NCBI GenBank assembly: GCA_045647745.1
Contig: JAZRMQ010000047.1
Location: 11,766-75,765, forward strand
Direction of reading: 5' to 3'
Origin: Bacteroidaceae bacterium
Lineage (GTDB): Bacteria; Bacteroidota; Bacteroidia; Bacteroidales; Bacteroidaceae
DNA length: 64,000 bases
Positions 30,026-38,535 of the stretch are shown here, piece by piece; within the stretch, counting starts at the first letter, position 1, and each line of letters starts with the position of its first letter. Below the pieces are notes generated by a model. The model saw only the letters and a list, made by a program, of their open reading frames with translations, was not told the origin of the DNA and ran no database searches. The translations under genes were made by a program, and so were the position numbers.

Positions 30026-30397
30026 TTAGTCAATATCCGGTATAGTTGTTAATGTGGCATCGGCCCAAAGGTGCTCGATATCATAGAACTTACGCACATC
30101 GGGCAGGAATATGTGTACCAGAATATCACCATAATCCATTGCTACCCACTGCGAGTTGCGGAGTCCGTCAACGAAATAGGGCTTTTTCTTGCAGTTGATG
30201 CGTACGGTATCCTCAATGGAGTCTGTTATTGCGCTCACTTGGTTGGGTGAATTGCCTTGGCAAATCACAAAGTAGTCGCAAACGCTGTTCCCGAGCTTAA
30301 CCATATCTACAACAACAATTTCTTTTCCCTTTTTGTCCTGTATTCCTTCTATTATTTGCTTGATGACATCTTGTGCCTCAATTGTCTCTGTCTGCAT
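30026..30397 (-). CDS. rsfS: Ribosome silencing factor RsfS
   Basis: 123 aa. DYFVICQGNS...WVAMDYGDILVHIF...YDIEHLW is typical of RsfS/iojap. Confidence 0.9.
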   Translation of the reverse strand: MQTETIEAQDVIKQIIEGIQDKKGKEIVVVDMVKLGNSVCDYFVICQGNSPNQVSAITDSIEDTVRINCKKKPYFVDGLRNSQWVAMDYGDILVHIFLPDVRKFYDIEHLWADATLTTIPDID

Positions 30398-30425
30398 ATT
30401 GTTTTATTTAGTTTGATGATTAGTG

Positions 30426-30433
30426 CAAAGATA
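30426..30433 (-). promoter_or_regulatory. Candidate -7 box (TATCTTTG on - strand) for rsfS-ftsH-cdsA
   Basis: Exact TAnnTTTG match 29 bp upstream of the ATG at 30397. Confidence 0.4.
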
Positions 30434-30559
30434 TTCCTTATTTTGTCTATTTTAAAATAAAAACAGGTGCTTTTTAGTACTAAACACCGAAAAAAGAAAG
30501 TTTTTTTGTTTTTTTTAGCAAAAAAAAGGCGAAAACATTTTTTTTATAGAAAAAAGTTG

Positions 30560-30567
30560 TACCTTTG
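30560..30567 (+). promoter_or_regulatory. Candidate -7 box TACCTTTG for tRNA-Gln
   Basis: Exact TAnnTTTG match ending 17 nt before the mature tRNA 5' end. Confidence 0.5.
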
Positions 30568-30583
30568 CATCGCGTTTGAGCAT

Positions 30584-30654
30584 TGGGCTATGGTGTAATG
30601 GTAACACTGCAGATTCTGGTCCTGCCTTTCCTGGTTCGAGTCCGGGTAGCCCAA
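30584..30654 (+). tRNA. tRNA-Gln (anticodon CTG)
   Basis: Cloverleaf folded by hand: acceptor TGGGCTA/TAGCCCA, D stem GTGT/ACAC, anticodon stem GCAGA/CCTGC (one A-C mismatch), loop TTCTGGT, T stem CCTGG/CCGGG, T loop TTCGAGT. No encoded CCA. Confidence 0.85.
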
Positions 30655-30657
30655 CAG

Positions 30658-30687
30658 AGAGATTTCCGATTGGAAATCTCTTTTTTT
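30658..30687 (+). terminator. Intrinsic terminator after the tRNA
   Basis: AGAGATTTCC-gatt-GGAAATCTCT followed by T7. Confidence 0.85.
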
Positions 30688-30815
30688 ATTGCCTGATTTT
30701 AGCTTGATAGATGGATTTGCAGGTGAGCCGCAAGTGTAACTCAACTTTTTGCGTTGGACTCAAAAGTTGCCGGTGAACGATAAAAATTCTATAATAATCT
30801 GATTGCGAAAATGCG

Positions 30816-30857
30816 AACAGACAATCCCGCAGTGATGCCACTGCGGGATTGTCTGTT
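30816..30857. terminator. Long perfect hairpin (19-bp arms) downstream of the thioredoxin gene
   Basis: AACAGACAATCCCGCAGTG-atgc-CACTGCGGGATTGTCTGTT. The T-run is weak in both directions. Confidence 0.55.
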
Positions 30858-30873
30858 TAATCAATTTAAGGTA

Positions 30874-31509
30874 TTACTTAAAACACTTTTCAGTGATGAC
30901 CTGTACTAACTCTTCTTTGTTCATAGCACCTGTTTTAACAGAGTATCGACCTTCCATTGGGATAAAAAGCAGGGTCGGGATAACTTGAATGTTGAATGCG
31001 TCGGCTATAGCAGGGTCGTTGTCTACATTAATCTTGTAGATGTAGAGCTGGCCGGCATACTCCTTTGCTACCTCTTCAAGAGTTGGAGCAATGGCTTTGC
31101 AGGGGCCGCACCAGTCAGCATAAAAATCAATGACTGCAGGCTTGTCGCCAAGATATTTCCACTCCTTGCTTAGGTCGGCAACCAATTTGGCAAAGTCCTC
31201 TGTGTTAAGCTGAATGGGGGCAGCAGCCTGTTTCTCGCACTGCTGCTTTTCGCAAGGTTTCTCACACTGCTGCTTTTCGCAAGGTTTTTCGCATTGCTGC
31301 TTTTCGCAAGGTTTCTCGCACTGCTGTTTGTCGCAAGGTTTTTCGCACTGCTGCTTGTCGCAAGGCTTTTCGCATTTTTTATCGCATTGTTCTTTTTTGC
31401 ACTCGCTCTTGCACTCGCCGCATTTGTTCTCCTGTGCCTTGTTGTTGCCGCACGCAACCAATAGTGCTGCGCACGCAAAAATAACGAATAAACGTTTCAT
31501 AATTTTCAT
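30874..31509 (-). CDS. Lipoprotein thioredoxin with an N-terminal Cys-rich tandem-repeat linker
   Basis: Lipobox LLVAC, a 15-Cys linker, and a thioredoxin fold with WCGPCK. An alternative start is ATG 31500. Confidence 0.85.
   Translation of the reverse strand: MKIMKRLFVIFACAALLVACGNNKAQENKCGECKSECKKEQCDKKCEKPCDKQQCEKPCDKQQCEKPCEKQQCEKPCEKQQCEKPCEKQQCEKQAAAPIQLNTEDFAKLVADLSKEWKYLGDKPAVIDFYADWCGPCKAIAPTLEEVAKEYAGQLYIYKINVDNDPAIADAFNIQVIPTLLFIPMEGRYSVKTGAMNKEELVQVITEKCFK
31234..31368. repeat. In-frame 27-bp tandem repeat, 5 full units plus degenerate flanks (encodes CEKPCEKQQ units on the - strand)
   Basis: Units at 31234, 31261, 31288, 31315 and 31342 (ctcgcactgctgcttttcgcaaggttt and variants differing by 1-3 nt). 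Confidence 0.9.
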
Positions 31510-31567
31510 AGTTTAAAATTCGTAATATCTGTTTTTGTGCAACTGCATATTGTTTTGCAGTCCATCG

Positions 31568-31575
31568 CAAATGTA
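31568..31575 (-). promoter_or_regulatory. Candidate -7 box (TACATTTG on - strand)
   Basis: Exact TAnnTTTG match 59 bp upstream of the ATG at 31509. Confidence 0.4.
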
Positions 31576-31752
31576 TCAAATATTTTCTATTTTTATCAAA
31601 CTCGGCTGTTAATATTTTATAATTTATCTTTTTAACGTTGTAACACAGGCTTTTATGATTTTAGAGTGATTGCTGCAAGTGTGAGCTGATATTTTAACAC
31701 ACGTTTCTTACTATATTAAATTATTTTATTTGCAAATAATATGGGATATGAG

Positions 31753-31760
31753 TATTTTTG
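31753..31760 (+). promoter_or_regulatory. Candidate -7 box TATTTTTG
   Basis: Exact TAnnTTTG match 50 bp upstream of ATG 31810. It lies inside the 5' extension of the track ORF, which argues for the downstream start. Confidence 0.4.
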
Positions 31761-31809
31761 CACAGACAAAATGGCGAGGTCCTTCCCTGTGTTAAAATTA
31801 AACTCTAAT

Positions 31810-33159
31810 ATGATGAAAACAAAGCTGTTACTTTTTTTGTCGTTTGTGTTTGTGGTAATGTCGCTGTCGGCTAAAAACGTTCGTTTCGAGGTGCTGTTTA
31901 ACTCAATAGCTCCGGCAGAGGTGTCTAAAGTCTATATTCAACCATTGAGTAATTCCGATGAGCCTCAAACAGTGCCCTTGCGCCTGAAAGGTGGGGCTTA
32001 TACGGCAAAAGTGCCAGTGTCTGAGTTGGGCTTTTACGAGGTTGTGATGGTGATAAACGGTGGGCAGTGGCTGACAACCATCTATTCGCCAAAATCAAAA
32101 GAAATAAAGTTGAATATTGAATTCGACGGAATATCGCTCAGCGAGAAATCGTCGCTTAATAATAGAGCAATGTCGGAACTCGATTCAATAGTGTTTGCCA
32201 ATAATCGTAAATTGTGGCAGGTTAAAGAGATGCCGGATATTGCTTTGCGAACTCTATTCGAGGGCTATATGTCGGCTGCAGATTCAATCATAGCAGTGTT
32301 AAACCCTTCGTCTGACGTGGCAAAATATATGCGAGCGTCGGCCTATACTAATGCAAAGAATTTTTATAATTCTATCCCAAGAGCGCAAAAACGTAAACTG
32401 AAGGATTTGTTGTTTACCGAGGCTGATGTGCTACCTTCTTCGGCCGATGTTCTTGATAATGAGTGTGCGGCTCTAATTCCATCGGCAATGCAGTTGATTT
32501 ATGCAGCGGTGTCGTCTGATGCCAAGCTTGACGTAAGAGGAATGATGACTCTTCTTTACAACGAGTATGAGTGTGGGGCTGTCAGGGGTAAGGTTGCCGA
32601 TTTCCTTTTAAATCGTTTCCTTGTGCGCCATAATTATGCAATGGATTTTGATGGAGGCTTTGAATATTTGACCGCAATTGTAAAGGATTTTGAATTGTCG
32701 GAGCACTTCCTTGGTGAGTATTTGACACGTAAATCGGCTTTAGTTGGCGCGGATTTTCCCGGGGAGGTGGTTCTTGTAACTCCTAATGGTGAAATTGTCG
32801 ATTTTTCTACTTTCAAAGGGAAATATGTATATGTGGACCTTTGGGCATCGTGGTGTGGCCCTTGTTGCAGGGAGGTGCCTCATTTGCAAGCACTTGAAAA
32901 AGAGTTGGAGGGCAGTGAGGTGGTGTGCGTGTCAATCTCTACCGATACCGATGAAAGTGCTTGGAAGGCAAGGCTCGAGGAACTTAATATGCACGGCAAT
33001 CAACTCTTCGACCGCGACAATAAATTGAGTAAATCGTTGAATGTTGGCGGTATACCATTCTTTGTTATATATGACAAAGAGGGTAAATTACACACTTATG
33101 GAGCTCAACGCCCAAGCAGTGGCGACTCTTTGAAGCAGTTTTTGCTGAACTTAAAGTAA
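31810..33159 (+). CDS. TlpA-like thiol-disulfide oxidoreductase with a ~330-aa N-terminal domain of unknown function
   Basis: Signal peptide MMKTKLLLFLSFVFVVMSLSA. C-terminal thioredoxin fold YVDLWASWCGPCCREVPHL...GIPFFVIYDKEGK. Confidence 0.85.
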   Translation: MMKTKLLLFLSFVFVVMSLSAKNVRFEVLFNSIAPAEVSKVYIQPLSNSDEPQTVPLRLKGGAYTAKVPVSELGFYEVVMVINGGQWLTTIYSPKSKEIKLNIEFDGISLSEKSSLNNRAMSELDSIVFANNRKLWQVKEMPDIALRTLFEGYMSAADSIIAVLNPSSDVAKYMRASAYTNAKNFYNSIPRAQKRKLKDLLFTEADVLPSSADVLDNECAALIPSAMQLIYAAVSSDAKLDVRGMMTLLYNEYECGAVRGKVADFLLNRFLVRHNYAMDFDGGFEYLTAIVKDFELSEHFLGEYLTRKSALVGADFPGEVVLVTPNGEIVDFSTFKGKYVYVDLWASWCGPCCREVPHLQALEKELEGSEVVCVSISTDTDESAWKARLEELNMHGNQLFDRDNKLSKSLNVGGIPFFVIYDKEGKLHTYGAQRPSSGDSLKQFLLNLK

Positions 33160-33229
33160 TTTATGCTGTAAAAACGATATTTTGCAAACATTAATATATA
33201 TAAGGTTTTATGGTTTGTGGATAAATTAT

Positions 33230-33237
33230 TACCTTTG
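33230..33237 (+). promoter_or_regulatory. Candidate -7 box TACCTTTG
   Basis: Exact TAnnTTTG match 65 bp upstream of the ATG at 33302. Confidence 0.4.
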
Positions 33238-33301
33238 TCGCCTCTAAGTGAAAAGCATATATTTGTATATAATTTTTATTAAATAACTTAATTTTTAGCT
33301 T

Positions 33302-35269
33302 ATGAAGAAAAACTACTTTATGTTAGTTTGCCTTGTGCTGTTTATGGCTGTTAGCGCCAAAGCACAGGTTAGTTCAATTGCGGACTTGGTTGGAAACTAC
33401 AAGTTTACCGCAGATGTTGAGTATGTCGATAAGACATATGAAAACAGTGATGTGTTCCTCAAAGAGTGTAGTGCTACTATTGAAAAGGATTATAACTATT
33501 CGGGATGTATTTCGGGATTTGCAGGCTCTGAGGAGTATTTGTTCTTCAATATCAACGCATCGGGAGAGATTGAGGCAACAAACTTTGGTGGCTCGCCAAT
33601 GTGGGGCACTGAGCTTTTCCTTGCCAACAAGGATGGCGACAACCCTTATGGCGTGTTCGCTGACGGTAAATGGGTGGTAGAGAAGTATAATACAGAATAT
33701 TATACTTATGACGCTGATACAAAGGTAATCACAATCCCTGATTTTACCGTTGTAAAGGTTACTGACTACCAAGCCGAGAAGGCAACAATTGTTGCAAGGT
33801 ACACAAACGTTAAGATGACATTTGTTGGTGCTGCCGGTGGCGAGGTTGATAATCTTATTGATTTGAGTGGTGAATGGGTGTTTGCTGCCGGTGAAGGCGA
33901 TTATGATACAATGCCCGGTTCTGACATTCCTTCAACATTTACTATTACTCTTGCTAGCAATGACGATACTAACAGCAATTATGCAGCTTCGCTTGCTATT
34001 GAAGGTTATAATGCTGTGGAATTTACTGCTACTTTTGATGGCGAGTTGTTGGGGATGGCATACGATAATCTGCTCTTAGATGCAGCTGCTTCAATCTACT
34101 TTAAGCCTCTTTACAGCAATGATGATGATATGTCCGGTGTTATCAGCTTTAAAAAAGTATCAAAAGCAGAGTTTGAACTTTACGACGGTTTTGCTTTAGT
34201 AGATGCTAACGGCGGATATAAACAATATTATCAGGCAGGTGTTATTACAAGAACAATAGATGATGCAGAGCCAGAGACTCCTGAAACTTCTGTATATGAT
34301 TGGACTGGTAGCTACACTGTGAAGGTTGGCGATATTGATGTTTATGATGGCAAGGAATATCCCAATGAGTTTACAATGACTATTGTTGAGAGTGGTGGTT
34401 ATCTTCTTGTAACAGAATTCCTGAACAATGATGTAGCATTTTTGAATAACGGTGGTCTTATTTTCAATGTTGCAGCCGATGGCAAGAGCGCCGAGATGGA
34501 GATTGAGAATTGTCTTGTTGGTGGAGATTATCCTAACTATCTGGCTATCTATGATATGAATTCTGAAACAGAGCCAATTGTGTTCACATTGAACGATGAT
34601 GGTTCTATCACGGTAGATAACTTCTTCTTAAAGAACTTCGATTATACGACCTACGAAGAGACCCCTGCAGCTTATTTCAAGAATATGACTATTCCTGCAG
34701 CCGGTGGTGAGGCAGAACCAGAGCATTTTGATTGGTTGGGTACTTGGGTGGTTACAGCTGGTGATAAATATGTTTATGACTCAGAAACTTACCCTGATGA
34801 GTTCTATATGACAATTGAAGAGAACTATGGTTTTGTATTAATTACTCAATTTATGAGTTCGGACGTTAATGTTATTAACCAAGGTGGTATATTGTTGACA
34901 ATCGCAGATGATAATAAGACTGCAGAAATGGAACTTGGCTCGTTTGCTGGTGGCGAATATCCCGATTACCTGAAAATCTATGATTTGAACGCTATGGCCG
35001 ATTATCCACTGATTCTTACAGCTAATGAAGATGGCACAATTACATTCGAAGACTTTTTGCTTAAAAGCTTTAATTGGGACACTCAAGCTACAAGCAATGC
35101 TGTATTCTACCAGAATGTGACAGCAACTAAGTGTCCTACCGGTATTGAGAATGTGAAGGGCGAAAATGCAAAGGTTAAAGGTATCTTTGATTTGCAGGGT
35201 CGCAAGATTAATACAATTACAATGCCCGGTATCTACATTGTTGATGGTGTCAAGATGCTTGTAAAGTAA
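33302..35269 (+). CDS. T9SS-secreted protein with four tandem lipocalin-like modules (function unknown)
   Basis: Signal peptide. Modules begin LVGNYKF / LSGEWVF / WTGSYTV / WLGTWVV, and the last two are clear ~144-aa repeats. CTD ...GIFDLQGRKINTITMPGIYIVDGVKMLVK. Confidence 0.7.
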   Translation: MKKNYFMLVCLVLFMAVSAKAQVSSIADLVGNYKFTADVEYVDKTYENSDVFLKECSATIEKDYNYSGCISGFAGSEEYLFFNINASGEIEATNFGGSPMWGTELFLANKDGDNPYGVFADGKWVVEKYNTEYYTYDADTKVITIPDFTVVKVTDYQAEKATIVARYTNVKMTFVGAAGGEVDNLIDLSGEWVFAAGEGDYDTMPGSDIPSTFTITLASNDDTNSNYAASLAIEGYNAVEFTATFDGELLGMAYDNLLLDAAASIYFKPLYSNDDDMSGVISFKKVSKAEFELYDGFALVDANGGYKQYYQAGVITRTIDDAEPETPETSVYDWTGSYTVKVGDIDVYDGKEYPNEFTMTIVESGGYLLVTEFLNNDVAFLNNGGLIFNVAADGKSAEMEIENCLVGGDYPNYLAIYDMNSETEPIVFTLNDDGSITVDNFFLKNFDYTTYEETPAAYFKNMTIPAAGGEAEPEHFDWLGTWVVTAGDKYVYDSETYPDEFYMTIEENYGFVLITQFMSSDVNVINQGGILLTIADDNKTAEMELGSFAGGEYPDYLKIYDLNAMADYPLILTANEDGTITFEDFLLKSFNWDTQATSNAVFYQNVTATKCPTGIENVKGENAKVKGIFDLQGRKINTITMPGIYIVDGVKMLVK

Positions 35270-35322
35270 CACTGGATTATAGTTAAATAATAAAGTATCT
35301 TTTATATTTAACATAATATATG

Positions 35323-35354
35323 GCGCTTCCCCTTTTCGGGAAGCGCTTTTTTTT
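35323..35354 (+). terminator. Intrinsic terminator
   Basis: GCGCTTCCC-cttttc-GGGAAGCGC followed by T8. Confidence 0.85.
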
Positions 35355-35355
35355 G

Positions 35356-35363
35356 TAATTTTG
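35356..35363 (+). promoter_or_regulatory. Candidate -7 box TAATTTTG for the SusC-like operon
   Basis: Exact TAnnTTTG match 63 bp upstream of the ATG at 35426. Confidence 0.4.
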
Positions 35364-35425
35364 TCCTCGTTATGTGCTCTAAAATGAAAAGCATACATCT
35401 GATTTTGGAAATATAAGACTGAAAA

Positions 35426-38400
35426 ATGGATAAAATGCAGTTTAAGAAAAATATAAAGGGGGTGCTGGTTGCTGTCTTGCTTGGTGCTTTCACTGCCTTA
35501 ATGCCGCTTGATGCTTTTGCCGGCAAAAGCGAAATGGTATCTTTGAACCCTGATGATTTGAAGGTTGTAACAGGTGTTGTAGTCGATAAAAAGACCGGCG
35601 AGCCATTGATTAGCGTTAATGTCGCTGTGTGGTCGGGTGGACGTCTGCTCACAGGTACATCTACCGATTTTGAGGGACGGTTTAAAATTATCTCTCCGGT
35701 GATTGATTTTGAGTTGCGTGTATCGTATGTTGGTTACAACGAGGCAAAATACTCTTCGCAGAGTGGTAAATTACACAATCTTCGCGTAGAACTTTCCGAG
35801 GAGAGTAGCACCCTTACTGAGGTTGTTGTTACCGGCTTTGTTTCAAAAAATAAAGAGACCTTTACCGGCTCGGCAACAGAAATTTCCGGTGTGGAACTGC
35901 GTCAGGTGTCGGGGACAAACCTTATAGGCGCAATCTCGGCTCTTACACCGGGTATGGCAATGGTGCAGAATACCAGTCAGGGTTCAAACCCTAACCACAC
36001 TCCCGAGCTTGTGTTGCGTGGTATGAGCTCTTTCTCCAATAGCGGTCAGCAGGTAAATCAACCAACAATAATACTTGATGGCAGTGAGATAACAATGCAG
36101 GATTTATATGACCTTGATATAAATGAGGTCGAGAAAATCACTGTGCTCAAAGATGCGTCGGCTACGGCACTCTATGGCTCAAAAGCTGCAAATGGTGTGA
36201 TAGTTATCACTCGTAAGCCTATTCAAGAGAGCACCCTGCGTGTGCAGTATAACTTTACGGGTAATTTGCAGATGCCTGTGCTAAGCGATTATAATCTTCT
36301 TTCGGCAGCCGAGAAACTGGAGTATGAGTACCTTGCGGGCCTTTATGATGCCAAGGGTGAGATAAACTCCGTAACAGGGTTGCCTTTGCAATATGATTAT
36401 GATGAACTCTACAATCAGCGTTATAAACTCATTGCTGCCGGGCAGAGCAGTGATTGGTTGTCGCAACCGGCGCGTCTGGCTCTCTCGCACGACCACTCAT
36501 TGCGTGTGTATGGTGGAGCTTCCAATCTGCGCTACGAGCTCACCGGCCGTTTCGGTGATACGCGCGGTGTGATGAAGGGCGATTACCGCAAGCGCACAGG
36601 AGTGGGATTTAAACTCGATTATTATATCGGTAATTTAACGATTTCAAACCGCACTACATATCAAGAGGTTGCTGTTAAGAATTCTCCTTATGGCTCCTTC
36701 TCGCAATATGTTGGGATGAATCCTTATGATAGAATGTACAACGACGACGGTACACCAAACATCAATCTATCTTGGGATTTGAACAACCCGTTGTATGAGG
36801 CTTCGCTCGGCAGTTTCTCCAAAAGTGGGGAGCGTACGTTGACTAATAGCACCGATTTACGTTGGGATATCAACAAGATGTTCTTGCTTACCGGTCATTT
36901 TAATGTTACAAGCTCTGCCGGCACTAGTGACGATTTTATATCACCGAATTCATTGGCTTATAAAAACGTTACCGACCTTTCAAAGAAGGGTGAGTATACA
37001 AAGGGAACCACCAATCTGATAGGTTACAATGGTAATGTTGTCGGAACTTTCAACAAGTTTTTTAAAGACGAATCACTTGTAAGCCTTTCGGCCGGTTGGG
37101 AGATTAACCACTCAAAGAGCAGTGGCGCAACATTGCAGGCAATAGGCTTCTTTAACGACGATATGTCGTATATTGGCAATGCTGCAGGGTATCCCACTGA
37201 CAGCAAGCCTTTTGGCTCGTTGGCCGAGACTGCCGATGTCGGCTTCTTTACCACCGGTAACCTCTCGTTCCGTAACCGCTATTTTGTTGATGCCACTTGG
37301 CGCACAACGGGCTCGTCGCAGTTTGGCGAGAATAACCGCTTTGGCCATTTTTGGTCGAGTGGTCTGGGCTGGAATGTGATGAACGAGCCTTTTATGAAGA
37401 GGGTGAAAAAGAAATTCGATGTCTTTAAGGTTCGTGGTAGTGCTGGATACACCGGAAAGGTAACTTTCAGTCCCTTTCAGGCAATGACAATGTATCAGTA
37501 CCTTAATGACTATGAGTACAAGAACGGAATAGGTGCTATCCCAATTACAATCGGCAATGTCGACCTCACTTGGGAGCGTACAATGAACTATAATGTCGGT
37601 CTTGATTTGAGTATGTTCGACCGTCGTCTGAACTTTACCGTCGATGCTTATATTCGCAATACCGAGGATTTGCTGCTTGATAAGTCAAAAGCGCCATCAA
37701 CCGGTGTAACAAGTGCAACATCAAATCTTGGAGAGTTGCAAAATAAGGGTATAGAGTATCAGTTGGATGGTTATATCTTCCGCACAAACGACTTTTATTG
37801 GCGTCTTGCAACAACCGGTTATATGAACCGCAATAAGATAACCAAAATTGACAAGGCGCTTGATGAGATAAACAAGGAAAATCAGGAGAATGCCTATTTG
37901 TCTCAGACTCCTCTGCCACAGTATGCCGAGGGGGAGAGCGTTACAGCGTTGAAACTTGTTCGTTCAGCGGGTATTGACCCTGCAACCGGTAGAGAGGTTT
38001 ACATCAAACGCAATGGTGAATACACTTTTGACTATGACCCTGACGACAAGGTGCTCATCGGTGATACAGAGCCGGCTTTCACCGGAACATTCAGCACTAA
38101 TCTGTTCTGGAAGGGCTTTAGCGTTTATGCTATGCTCAATTTCCGCACCGGTGCTTGGGTGTACAATACGACCAGAGCAACAAAGGTTGAGGGTGCCGAT
38201 CCAATGCGTAATGCCGATCAACGTGTCTTTGACGACCGTTGGAAACAGCCGGGTGACCACGCCTTGTATAAGGATATTGCCGATACATCGCGCCCCGAAC
38301 AGACCGACCGCTTTGCCGAGAAAGAGCATACTCTTTCGCTCGGTTCGCTCAATCTCTGCTACGAATTTAATGAAAAAATGTGTAAACGTATAAAGATGCG

Positions 38401-38521
38401 TAATCTGCGTGTCGGAGTAAACTTTACCGATATATTACGCCTCTCTACTGTGAAGATAGAACGTGGTACAGACTATTTGTACAGCCAAGGATTTGAATTC
38501 TATCTGAATGTGACATTATAA
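35426..38521 (+). CDS. SusC/RagA family TonB-linked outer membrane protein
   Basis: 1031 aa. CarbopepD_reg domain, plug with TonB-box-like VVVTGF, ...ITVLKDASATALYGSKAANGVIVITRK. No STN domain. Confidence 0.92.
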   Translation: MDKMQFKKNIKGVLVAVLLGAFTALMPLDAFAGKSEMVSLNPDDLKVVTGVVVDKKTGEPLISVNVAVWSGGRLLTGTSTDFEGRFKIISPVIDFELRVSYVGYNEAKYSSQSGKLHNLRVELSEESSTLTEVVVTGFVSKNKETFTGSATEISGVELRQVSGTNLIGAISALTPGMAMVQNTSQGSNPNHTPELVLRGMSSFSNSGQQVNQPTIILDGSEITMQDLYDLDINEVEKITVLKDASATALYGSKAANGVIVITRKPIQESTLRVQYNFTGNLQMPVLSDYNLLSAAEKLEYEYLAGLYDAKGEINSVTGLPLQYDYDELYNQRYKLIAAGQSSDWLSQPARLALSHDHSLRVYGGASNLRYELTGRFGDTRGVMKGDYRKRTGVGFKLDYYIGNLTISNRTTYQEVAVKNSPYGSFSQYVGMNPYDRMYNDDGTPNINLSWDLNNPLYEASLGSFSKSGERTLTNSTDLRWDINKMFLLTGHFNVTSSAGTSDDFISPNSLAYKNVTDLSKKGEYTKGTTNLIGYNGNVVGTFNKFFKDESLVSLSAGWEINHSKSSGATLQAIGFFNDDMSYIGNAAGYPTDSKPFGSLAETADVGFFTTGNLSFRNRYFVDATWRTTGSSQFGENNRFGHFWSSGLGWNVMNEPFMKRVKKKFDVFKVRGSAGYTGKVTFSPFQAMTMYQYLNDYEYKNGIGAIPITIGNVDLTWERTMNYNVGLDLSMFDRRLNFTVDAYIRNTEDLLLDKSKAPSTGVTSATSNLGELQNKGIEYQLDGYIFRTNDFYWRLATTGYMNRNKITKIDKALDEINKENQENAYLSQTPLPQYAEGESVTALKLVRSAGIDPATGREVYIKRNGEYTFDYDPDDKVLIGDTEPAFTGTFSTNLFWKGFSVYAMLNFRTGAWVYNTTRATKVEGADPMRNADQRVFDDRWKQPGDHALYKDIADTSRPEQTDRFAEKEHTLSLGSLNLCYEFNEKMCKRIKMRNLRVGVNFTDILRLSTVKIERGTDYLYSQGFEFYLNVTL

Positions 38522-38535
38522 AAATTGTGCCAATT

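Noticed and set aside
30544-30744. A 66-aa ORF on the - strand.
   Set aside because: It overlaps the tRNA-Gln gene and its terminator, so it is spurious.
30711-30776. A 21-codon Cys-containing mini-ORF (MDLQVSRKCNSTFCVGLKSCR) between the tRNA and the thioredoxin gene, considered as a possible redox or RiPP-like peptide.
   Set aside because: There is no promoter box, and it sits between two terminators and spans a hairpin (30742-30769). It is too short to distinguish from chance and has no supporting maturation or export genes.
31170-31516. ORFs of 100-102 aa on both strands across the 27-bp repeat (31170-31478 on -, 31214-31516 on +).
   Set aside because: These are alternative-frame readings of the tandem repeat and are periodic (FSHCC.SQG / NLAKSSSA). 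The frame that joins a lipoprotein signal to a thioredoxin fold is the real one.
30584-35269. tRNA-Gln as the integration site of a genomic island carrying the redox genes and T9SS cargo.
   Set aside because: I saw no integrase, transposase or excisionase, and no duplicated copy of the tRNA 3' end downstream. The flanking genes look like ordinary Bacteroidales chromosome.
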